Of a stretch of 64,000 bases of DNA, positions 10,901 to 20,994 are shown piece after piece. Within the stretch, counting starts at the first letter, position 1; the number at the start of each line of letters is the position of its first letter. The stretch lies in NCBI GenBank assembly GCA_964016885.1, contig OZ024740.1:235786001-235850000 (forward strand), given 5' to 3'. The notes below the pieces were generated by a model. The model did no database searches and was not told the origin of the DNA. It worked only from the letters and a program-made list of their open reading frames with translations. This DNA is from Eledone cirrhosa (taxonomy: Eukaryota). A program made the position numbers and the translations under genes.

Positions 10901-12036
10901 GTGTTGTTATTGTTGTTGTAGTTAGTGTTGTTGTTTGGTGTGGTTGTTATTGTTGTTGTAGTTAGTGTTGTTGTTTGGTGTGGTTGTTATTGTTGTTGTA
11001 GTTAGTGTTGTTGTTTGGTGTGGTTGTCATTGTTGTTGTAGTTAGTGTGGTTGGTGTTGGTGTTGTTATTGTTGTTGTAGTTAGTGTTGTTGTTTGATGT
11101 GGTTGTTATTGTTGTTGTAGTTAGTGTTGTTGTTTGGTGTGGTTGTTATTGTTGTTGTAGTTAGTGTTGTTGTTTGGTGTGGTTGTTATTGTTGTTGTAG
11201 TTAGTGTTGTTGTTTGGTGTGGTTGTCATTGTTGTTGTAGTTAGTGTGGTTGGTGTTGGTGTTGTTATTGTTGTTGTAGTTTGTGTGGTTGTTGTTGGTG
11301 TTGTTATTGTTGTTGTAGTTAGTGTTGTTGTTTGGTGTGGTTGTTATTGTTGTTGTAGTTAGTGTGGTTGGTGTTGGTGCTGTTATTGTTGGTGTTGTTA
11401 TTGTTGTTGTTGTTTGGTGTGGTTGTTGTTGGCGTTGTTATTGTTGTTGTAGTTAGTGTTGTTGTTTGATGTGGTTGTTGTTGTTGTTGTAGTTAGTGTG
11501 GTTGGTGTTGGTGTTGTTATTGTTGTTGTAGTTAGTGTTGTTGTTTGATGTGGTTGTTATTGTTGTTTTAGTTAGTGTTGTTGTTTGGTGTGGTTGTCAT
11601 TGTTGTTGTAGTTAGTGTGGTTGTTGTTGTTATTGTTATTGTTGTTGTAGTTAGTGTTGTTGTTTGGTGTGGTTGTTATTGTTGTAGTTAGTGTTGTTGT
11701 TTGGTGTGGTTGTCATTGTTGTTGTAGTTAGTGTGGTTGTTGTTGTTATTGTTATTGTTGTTGTAGTTAGTGTTGTTGTTTGGTGTGGTTGTTATTGTTG
11801 TAGTTAGTGTTGTTGTTTGGTGTGGTTGTCATTGTTGTTGTAGTTAGTGTGGTTGTTGTTGTTATTGTTATTACTACAGTTGTTATTGTAGTTGTTGTTG
11901 TTGCAGTTGTTATTGTAGTTGTTGTTACTGTAGTTCTTGTTGTTACTACAGTTGTTGTTATTGTAGTTGTTATTACAGTTGTTGTTATTGTAGTTCTTGT
12001 TGTTACTACAGTTGTTGTTACTGTAGTTGTTGTTGC
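7905..12036. repeat. (GTG)n/(GTT)n-derived tandem array; GTG-rich to ~9450, then a minisatellite built on TTGTTGTAGTTAGTG
   Basis: Directly visible; explains the poly-Val/poly-Thr ORFs. Confidence 0.95.
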
Positions 12037-12239
12037 TGTGAGCTGTCTCTATGCACTATTCGATATTTGTGCACTACAAGTTTCATGTATGGAAGCTATA
12101 TATGCAAGACTGCACATATTTACAATCGGTTCTGTGCAGTCAAACACACATTGCTATACAATTACATGGTGTACATGATGCTTCTAGCAACTGGGGAACT
12201 TATTTGCTTTTATTTTATCTTTTTTTATTTATCTGTGTG

Positions 12240-12446
12240 CATATATATATATATATACATATACATAGACATTTGTGTGTGTATGCATATATATATATAT
12301 ATATGTACCTATATATATGAATGTATGTGTATATATGTGTGTTTGTATATATATATATAGAGAGAGAGAGGGAGAATATATATATACATATGTATGTATG
12401 TATGTTTGTATGTATGTTTACAAACACACACACACACAAACACACA

Positions 12447-12535
<89 letters not shown>

Positions 12536-12635
12536 GTACCTATATATATGAATGTATGTGTGTTTGTATGTATATATATAGAGAGAGAGAATATATATAC
12601 ATATGTATGTATGTTTATATGTATGTTTACACACA

Positions 12636-12702
<67 letters not shown>
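12240..12702. repeat. Compound (TA)/(CA)/(GA) microsatellite, duplicated as a ~230-bp unit
   Basis: GTACCTATATATATGAATGTATGTG occurs at ~12305 and ~12536. Confidence 0.85.
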
Positions 12703-12705
<3 letters not shown>

Positions 12706-12824
12706 AAAGGCAAACAGAAATAACAAAGCAAACGACCCAATGAAGAAATATATTTTAGATTTAGGCTTGATATTGTGGGAAAAGAGTCTTAGCGTTTTGG
12801 ATGCTAGTCTTTCATCAGAAAATA

Positions 12825-12864
<40 letters not shown>

Positions 12865-13388
12865 GGTGGTGGTGGTGGCGGTGGTGGCTGCTGTTGTTGT
12901 TGTTGTTATTATTGAGAAATTAAAAAAGAAATAGAAAGATTGAGGAGATGGGCAGTGGCAGAAACAGAAAAATCCTCTTTAGAAAAAATAACAGATCCAT
13001 TCATGTCGCGATCTCTAGGAAAACTGTTGATGCTGGAGCCTTTTTGAAAAGGTGGTGATGGAGCACATCTGTCTGAAAGGAAAAAAAGAACTATTTTGTA
13101 TATAGAGTTGTATGTGTGCACTTGCGTATACGTGTGTGTGTGTGTTTATATATCGGTCGGTATGAAGCTAAGAGGTTATGTGTGTGTATATGTAAGTATA
13201 AGAGAGTGTGTGTGTATGTATTTATATGTACGAAGCTGTGGACAAAAATGTGTGTATGTTAATCCATACAGAGTGGTGAAAGTAAATATAGAGGTGTGAG
13301 CGTGTTTTTTGTTGGTCTGTATAAAGTGTAAGAGTGTATGTTTCTGACCATAACAGAGCCATAGGAACCTAGAGGTGAAAGTATGCAT

Positions 13389-13700
13389 TCATGTGTGACA
13401 ATGGATGAGGTAAGGGTGACCGTGGCAAGGGGTAGAGAAGTAAGCCGAGTGTATGCATGTAAGATTAAATAAAAATTGGAGAGGGGAGTTGAGTCCATCA
13501 GGGAAACTAGACCCAAGGCGGAAAATCAGATTCTGCTCAGTCGTGGTGCATGAGGCCTGTGTTCCGTGATGTAAAAGGATACCAAAGACTGAGACATGTA
13601 AGGAAGAGTGACCTGGGGAATGGAAATGATGACCGATGGGGGTATCCATATTAAGTTGTATGTCCCTCAAATGTTTAGCAAAATGGTCCACTACACAGCA
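13389..13700 (-). mobile_element. PLE GIY-YIG endonuclease C-terminal fragment
   Basis: ORF DHFAKHLRDI..DTPIGHHFHSPGHSSLHVSVFGIL...EQNLIFRLGSSFPDGLN matches the PLE pattern RF.EH...PVA.HF...H...E..LI..L....P.GLN. Confidence 0.85.
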
Positions 13701-13837
13701 GCCTGGATCCGAAAAGGATCCGAAAAGGGAACAGTGGAGAGCCTAAACTACATGAGGGAATGTGCAGACAGTCTTCGATTTTCCCTAACAAAATCTGATC
13801 ACTACTATAATCTCTTTCTCCCCCCCCCCTATCTATC

Positions 13838-13868
<31 letters not shown>

Positions 13869-13926
13869 TTACACACACATAACCATGCCCGCATATTTGT
13901 ATATATATATATATATATATATAAAA

Positions 13927-14830
13927 CGGCGGCAGGAAACAAGCACCACCAAACTCTGGGAGGGCTCTGTAGAAACAGTAGACAGCTTTTGCTACCTAGG
14001 TGACCGAATTAGCAGCAGAGGTGGGTGTTCGGAAAGTACAATAACTAGGGTAAGAATGGGATGGAAGAAATTCAAGGAGCTACTACCACTGCTAGCTGCA
14101 ACAGGCTTTTCCCGCTAAATGAAAGGCAGACTGTATGATGTGTGCATACGAACAGCAATGTTACATGGTAGTGAGACCTGGGCGTTGTGTGTAGAAGACT
14201 TACGTAGATTAGAAAGAAACAAAGTTTGCATGCTCCAATGGATGTGTAATAGTAATATACGCGAATGGCAAAGCATAAACGAACTGAGAGAGAGACTGAG
14301 CATAAGAGGAATCAAATGCTGTGTGCAGGAGAGGAGATTGCATTGGTATGGACATGTGGTGCGTATGAAGGATGACAGCTGCATAAAAAGATGTAGAGCA
14401 CTAGAAGTCGATGGAAGCGATGGAACCCAAGAAGACCTGGGATAAGGTGATAAAAGCCTACCTTACCCAATTGTACCTCTCAAAGGCGATGACACAGGAC
14501 TGTGATCTCTGGCGTCACACAGTAATACAGAAGACCCGACTCCCCACGGGTACAAGCCGAAGCTGAAGCATATAGACACCCTCCCACTGCAAAATGGTCG
14601 TGGAGGTGCCATGGCAAAAAAGCACCCAGCCCACACTGTAAAGTGGACATGTAGGCACCACGGATAAAAAGCACCCAGCACTCACTGTAAATGAGGTTGG
14701 TGTTAAGAAGGGCATCCAGCTGTAGAAATCAAGCCAGAATCAGTTCCTGTATGAGCAAGACAAGGTCAGCCGACCAGACACTTCCCACAACAGGACAACT
14801 CGTCTAACCCATGCTAGCGTGGAAGAATGG
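13927..14830 (+). mobile_element. RTE-clade LINE, 5'-truncated 3' portion
   Basis: VDSFCYLGD, GWKKFKELLPLL, MLHGSETWAL, RRLHWYGHVVRM; 3'UTR with GGAAGGGCATCCAGC-like core and (GAT)n tail. Confidence 0.92.
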
Positions 14831-15441
14831 ACGTAAAACAGTGATGATGGTATCATGCACTTCTGACTGTTATTTTTTTATGTATGAACTTGAGAGCTTT
14901 TTGGCGCTACTTTCAAACTGTTTGAAATTTAACCGCCCAAATATGTGATTGGTTCTATATCTTAGGCCGGTGTCTCCTTCCTCTTTTGGAAGCCATGTTG
15001 TGACAGTGGCAGTTAGAAACTGCTCAGAAAGGATCACTCCCCATTGACGAATCTCTGTGTTGATCCTGGTTGCATTCGTTCCTTTCTGATGGTTCTGGAA
15101 TTAATGTGAGGCTTCTGTGTACTGCTTGTAACAATTGCATCACAGTGCACGGGATACGGAGAAGAAACCAATGATTTCATTTAGTCTGGGCTGAATTGTT
15201 TAACACCCGCACATAATCCCGAACTTACCACTAGTAACTAAATGTGTGCGCGCTGAATCACAGACAGGCACTTCAGAAATGCAAGTCCCGTGAAATCAAC
15301 AAGCAAGTGGGAAATTTCAGCATATTAGCACAAACTCAGTTTGTCTAGTTTGAAAAACTTATATATATATATCCATATGTGGTTGATGGCTGAGAGAAAA
15401 GAGTACTCAATACTGGAGTAGAGTTTTAATATTCATTTTAT

Positions 15442-15572
15442 TAAGGCTAAATAGTAAGTCTTGCTACTCTGGAGTTTTGCCTGTTTATCACAGAGTCATC
15501 AGAGTTCTTGTCTTATAACCCTGTGATAAACAAGCGAAACTTCTGAGTAGCAAGACTCAGCATTTAGCCTTT
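15442..15572. repeat. Fold-back repeat containing hammerhead-like motif
   Basis: AAGGCTAAAT..GTCTTGCTACTC..GTTTATCACAG mirrored by CTGTGATAAAC..GAAACTT..GAGTAGCAAGAC..ATTTAGCCTT. Minus strand of left arm reads CTGATGA-CTCTGT-GATAA-ACAGGC-AAAACTCCAGAGT. Confidence 0.75.
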
Positions 15573-16164
15573 ATATATATATAATATATATATAACGAAG
15601 GAATTGTGGTAAGGAACCAGATGGACCATAACGCACCAGAGTACTCAATACTTAGGGTAGTATATATATATATATATATATTTGAAAAAAGGAAAAGAAT
15701 GACTTCACTTGTAGTTCTAAACAATTTAATTTTATAATATTATAATTTTACAATTTGGTTTTGTAGTAAGTTCTTTGTTAACTTTGGTGGGGAGATTTTT
15801 TAAAGATTCCTGGTTAACTTTCCTGGAGAACTTTCTCACATTCCATTCGTTGGTGGCGATTATCAAACTGATCTCAGGCTGTGTTGTGATGTGTGACTCT
15901 ATATATTTGGTGTGTCTGGAGGTGGTGGGTTGATCAGGGTAGGAGTGAAGGTGTGTTGAAGAAGATTTAAAGGAATTAAAGCATATATATACACAGAAGA
16001 GGTGAAAGAAAATAGTGAATGGTAAAAGCATGATAATTAATTGAGAGTGGAGTTGGGAGGTGTTTAAGGAGTGTTTTTGAAAGGGTTTGTGAAAGTGCCC
16101 TCCTGCTGGTTCCATTTCAATAGATGGACGACCTTTGGTGATTAGAATACTTTCACAAGCCCTC

Positions 16165-16747
16165 CCTGTGACTATTCTCTCCCAAAAGGCTTCACCTTCA
16201 TTGTTCTAGCAGTTGAGTAAGTGTTGACTGATCTTCACAATATTTGTACTTATGTTCTTCAGTAAGCTCTTTTGGCACCCATCTCGCAGACTGTATGGAA
16301 CTGATGCTTGTAATGGATAAATTTGTTTCCAGAACCATGACTAATTTGCAGAGAACATGTCGCTTAATCGATAACCACTTGTCAGTTCACCAGAACCATC
16401 TCTCAAACATCCTGCTCTCTCTTTATGCTTCATGCTTGTCCGGCCATTTTTAAACTTCTCAATCCACTCAAACACACTTTTACGCAATAAAGCACTGTTC
16501 CCATATTGTACTGAAAGCCTGTGATGAATTTATGCCCCTACCACGCCTTCAGACCAGAGAAATCGGATCAATGGTCTTTGTTTTTCCTTGGTGCACACTG
16601 CCAACAAAGTGGCCATGTTTACTCTGTAACACAAGAGTGATCAAGTTCAAAAGTGCCACCTTTTATCATGCAAGCGCTAAAGGCAGAGCGGCCAACCTAA
16701 AGAAAGTTTTGGCAAAATAGCGGATAATGTTTTGCTTCCCCTCACAT
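16165..16747 (-). mobile_element. mariner-family transposon relic (5' TIR + N-terminal HTH half)
   Basis: Manual translation MATLLAVCTKEKQRPLIRFLWSEGVVGA*IHHRLSVQYGNSALLRKSVFEWIEKFKNGRTS; also ARWVPKELTEEHK and EGEAFWERIVTG. TIR-like end at ~16747. Confidence 0.85.
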
Positions 16748-16860
16748 ATATATATAAGTATGATAAAGTTATATTTGTATACATACAGAGAGGGTAACCA
16801 AGACTGCACCATTGTGTATATAAATATGAATTTCCCTGTATATTTAAACAATGATAAACT

Positions 16861-16903
16861 TCTTTAATCAATTTTCCAACCTAATTAGGCTCTCATCAGA
16901 AGA
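16861..16903 (-). ncRNA. Minimal type I hammerhead ribozyme motif (slightly decayed)
   Basis: Minus strand: TCTT-CTGATGA-GAGCCT-AATT-AGGTTG-GAAA-ATTGAT-TA-AAGA. Stem I TCTT/AAGA, stem II 5 of 6 pairs, near-palindromic stem III. Confidence 0.7.
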
Positions 16904-16947
16904 CATATATCATCAAACCAACCACAAGGAAATGAATTTGATGGGCT

Positions 16948-17004
<57 letters not shown>

Positions 17005-17122
17005 TGTTTCTACTTTAGGCACATTTCATTTATTGGCCACAAAATAATAATGAAAATTATTATGTATGTTACTCAGGTGCATTACAACTCATCAAAGGTG
17101 CATGTATAATACATAGAATAAT

Positions 17123-17255
17123 TGTTTCAACTTTTGGCACAAGGCCAGCAATTATCCCAGTGTATTACTGGTGCTTTATTTTATCGACCCCTTAAGGATG
17201 AAAGGCAAAGTTAACTTCAGCGGGATTTGAACTCAGACCATAAAGGGCCGTAACT
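17123..17255 (-). mobile_element. tRNA-derived SINE with Meta-type core (octopus OK-like), partial
   Basis: TTTATCGACCCC.TAAGGATGAAAGGCAAAGTTAAC.TC.GCGGGATTTGAACTCAGA. Confidence 0.85.
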
Positions 17256-17269
17256 CTTTGTTATAATGT

Positions 17270-17595
17270 ACAAAAGTTAGGAAAGTGAATAGTGTATGAG
17301 TCATGATATACATACAGACATGCACACATGTGTGCGTGTGTATGGAGGGGGAATATCAGGTGTAGTGTTGGCGAATTTCAGGAAGCATGGAAGTTTTGAA
17401 GGATACAGTGTGTCAACAGCTAACAACAGATGCAGGTAGTTTGTTCCATGCTTCAGCCACTCTGATCATGAAAAGATGTTTCCAAATGTTATGGGAGCTG
17501 TACTATTTTCTGACATATAAGCATGTCCTCAGGTGTTAGGCATATGGAATTCAAAAGGTGCCGAGGGTTGTTGTTGGAAAGATGGTTAATATACC
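17270..17595 (-). mobile_element. CR1-clade LINE 3' end
   Basis: Degenerate T.GHAY...KHLFMIRVAEAWNKLPASVVSC..TVSFKTSM matches the CR1 C-terminal TRGH..FF..RV...WN.LP..VV motif. Confidence 0.75.
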
Positions 17596-17678
17596 CATCC
17601 CCTGAAATGGATGCACTAATTTGCATATAATTCGCACTCGTGTTGGTAATTAATTATGTATATTTATATATATATATA

Positions 17679-18315
17679 TATAATAGAATAATCGAGTATC
17701 GGAAAATCAGCTCACGAATTTACGATAAACAAAATCCGACATGAGTGGCAGAGGGCTCAATAATTCAGATAAATCAGAGCTATAACTATCGTTAAGATAC
17801 CAACACACAAAGATTATGCCTAAAATCACCCGTACAGCCAAAAAATAACGACCAGGAAGATTCGGGTCACACAGATAAAATATCAATAAATCAATAATTC
17901 ATATGAGTGTAAAAACTTACCCGGACCCACTAGAAAGGTGGTAAATCTAGCTTCTTGGGTTTCTGCTATTCCTTAATCCGCCCCCTATCAGCCCACATAA
18001 AAATATATAAGACTTATAGGGAGAGGAGGGACCGGAATAACTTTATCAACGGGCCATGTCCGGCGAATGAAGAAATTAACTATAGCTAGACGCACATGGA
18101 GTCCAGCAAGGGAGATAACCTCTATATTCACGAAAGATAATCGGTAATGTGAAATACACATATCGAAAAAGAGTGCTCGATAGACATGTTAAAATAAACA
18201 GGAGCTATTCATCATTCAATAGAATCGACAAAAAATGAACAATAAAATTAACTGGTCAATAGCTATGTCTAGAGCTAAATATAATAGAATAATCGAGTAT
18301 CGGAAAATCAGCTCA
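17679..18315. mobile_element. Non-coding ~600-bp element with 36-bp terminal direct repeat, in (TA)n
   Basis: TATAATAGAATAATCGAGTATCGGAAAATCAGCTCA at 17679-17714 and 18280-18315. Confidence 0.75.
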
Positions 18316-18389
18316 TATATATATATATTTACACACACATACACACACATATATGTGTGTGTGTATATATATATATATGTGTGTGTGTA

Positions 18390-18423
<34 letters not shown>

Positions 18424-18424
18424 A

Positions 18425-18752
18425 CATGGCTTATTGGTTAGAGCATTGGCCTTGCAATCGAAAGGTTGTGAGTTCAATTCTCAGACCAGGTGATGTGTTG
18501 TTTCCTTGAGCAAGACACTTTATTTCACGTTACTCCAGTTTACTCAGCTGTATAAATGAGATGATAGGAACTGGGTTCCCTATCATTCCACTGCAAAATG
18601 GTCGTGTAGGTGCCACGGCAAAAAAGCACCCAGCACTCACTGTAAATGAGGTTGGTGTTAGGAAGGGCATCCAGCTGTAGAAATCAAGACAGAATCAGTT
18701 CCCGTCCCACCCTTGCAAGCAAGGAAAAGTGGACATAAAATGATGATGATGA
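18425..18752 (+). mobile_element. tRNA-headed SINE with RTE-derived tail
   Basis: Box A/B-like TGGCTTATTGG..GAGTTCAATTCT; CCTTGAGCAAGACACTT core; tail shared with the RTE 3'UTR; (GAT)n end. Confidence 0.88.
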
Positions 18753-18789
18753 TATATGTACGTATATGGATGGTTTTTTTTTTTGCGTC

Positions 18790-19195
18790 AACTTGTGTCA
18801 CAAAACCATTTTGGACCTAATGTTTAGTGACCAGTCCAACACTATCCATAATATTATAGTAGAAAAAAAAAAACAGGCCACAACATGGTTCTATGTAAAC
18901 TGATATTCCATCTGCCAAAAGTTAAACTTGATGACCTCTACCTAGCCTATCCATTTGATAACATGGATCTTCATATTGCAAACCGAGATGCCATCACCCA
19001 TGATCTTTCACGCACATACTCCCCCTCTATCAACATCGAAACATCTTGGCAGATATTTGTAGACACCATTACCAATATATGTGTGAAACATGCCCCATCA
19101 AGATTTGTGAACAAAATTATGTGCAGTTTCCCTAGAAAAATAAAAAGAATTAAAAAAAAAATAGCAGCCAACTAAAATATTGGCAGCAACAACAC
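18790..19195 (+). mobile_element. CR1/L2-like LINE fragment (end of endonuclease / EN-RT linker)
   Basis: ILDLMFSD...HNMVLCKL...SWQIFVDTITNICVKHAPSRFV. Confidence 0.5.
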
Positions 19196-19592
19196 ACCTG
19201 TTTGACAGGTGTGACAGGTATGACAGGCCTTGACTATTGGGGGTCAACTTGCAAATATACATACATGTATATGTGTGTTATTGTATTCATATATGTAAAG
19301 TTCTTTATAGATAAATGTATGTACATATGTTTGAGTCTAGACATATGTATATATATATATATATATATATATGCATACTTGTATAGATGTGTGTTAATGG
19401 GTGTATTTGTGATTATGTGTGTATACTTGTTTGTGTGTAATAAATGCAAAGAAATATGCATATCTGCAGTCTGCACAGCAGCAAATATGCATGCTTAAGG
19501 CAAGCATTTCAATAAATATCTGCAGGAATGAAAATTATACCATGCATGCAATTGGAACATGTGTATATGCATATAAACATACACATATCCAC

Positions 19593-19620
<28 letters not shown>

Positions 19621-19623
<3 letters not shown>

Positions 19624-20393
19624 TTTTGCCTACCACAATGTTCGATTTGTCAAGCTATTTAAACGTATGTTATTACTCTAAGGACCTACCTTATTGAGTG
19701 CTTTGCTAACTCATCATTTCATATAAGTAGGCCGAATTTGCTTGCAAACCGCCAGAGATTCGATTTTACTAAATTTCCAATTATATTATTCTCCTAGATT
19801 TAATAATTAACTAATTAATTTAATTAGACAATTCTATTGATTGGTTAATTATTTGTTTGTTTTATAACATCTAGTCGAGAGCTTATCATGATGATTAGCG
19901 GAAATTAAAATATTTCCTTTGTCTAACATTTTGAATGACCCGCCAAAAACTGGGGGTTATTTCCCTTGCTGGAATTAACACGTGACAGCTATAGATACGA
20001 TACGCTGCATCTAGCAGCAACATTTAGCCTATCACCCTGTTCTGGGTAGAATGAAAACCTGTTGAAAAACTGAATCCTCTGTTCGATCATGAATACCACG
20101 AGCTTGCCAGTCACGTAAGTCTGATATTTGATTTCGGATTCAAAGAAACACTTTAAACGTATAATCGTTTGATTTGTCCAGGTGTATTTTTCTCAACCTG
20201 TTAGTTCTATCTACTTTGGTATATTATTGTGTGTTAGATTTTGCCTACCACAATGTTCGATTTGTCAAGCTATTTAAACGTATGTTATTACTCTAAGGAC
20301 CTACCTTATCGAGTGCTTTGCTAACTCATCATTTCATATAAGTAGGCCGAATTTGCTTGCAAACTGCCAGAGATTCGATTTTACTAAATTTCC

Positions 20394-20400
<7 letters not shown>
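19621..20400. mobile_element. Non-coding 616-bp element with 164-bp terminal direct repeat, between (GA)n and (TA)n
   Basis: AGATTTTGCCTACCACAATG...TTTCCAATTATA at 19621-19784 and 20237-20400, nearly identical. Confidence 0.85.
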
Positions 20401-20440
<40 letters not shown>

Positions 20441-20483
20441 TAAAAAAATGAATAAAAACAAAGAAACAGTTCCTTATATTAAA

Positions 20484-20546
20484 AAATTCATCATTTTACA
20501 ATCGTTTCTAGGATAATCCTAGAAACGATCGTAAAATGATGAATTT
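20484..20546. repeat. Near-perfect palindrome centred on CTAGGA-TAA-TCCTAG, containing GAAACGATCGTA
   Basis: AAATTCATCATTTTACAATCGTTTCTAGGA / TCCTAGAAACGATCGTAAAATGATGAATTT. Confidence 0.85.
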
Positions 20547-20701
20547 ATCTTGACTCTGTTTTCCTGTGTTTTTCATTGAAAAAATTTTGAATACATCTTC
20601 TCTTTTCATGGTATTTGGATTACATTGAGTTCTTCATACGGATTGGACTCTACCGTATATTTTGGTAGATAAATCTACATATATATATATATATATATAA
20701 T

Positions 20702-20960
20702 CATCCATCATCATCATTTTACATCTTTTCCATATTTGTATGGGTTGGGTGTGTCTTTTCCAATGCAGCCTCCTTCCCCTTCTTGTGTTCCTTTCACTGT
20801 GAGGTTCAGCCTTTTGAAATTAATTTTAACCACCACTGCCCAAGTTTTTCTCAGTTTTCCTCCACCACTGCAGCTTCCTTCCACTGGCATTTCCTGACAC
20901 TTCTTCAACCAGTATTCATCATTACATGTCCATGTCAGCACTATCATACAGATGTAGTGT
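20702..20960 (-). mobile_element. RTE LINE 3' fragment
   Basis: WLKKCQEMPVEGSC..GKLRKTWAVVVK, (GAT)n tail. Confidence 0.75.
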
Positions 20961-20994
20961 GCAAGATAGTGGATATTGTTGGTATGGAGATGTG

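Noticed and set aside
15732-16160. 127-aa ORF, possibly a PLE endonuclease end plus UTR
   Set aside because: Only a faint R..ES..I...PS resemblance; too weak to call
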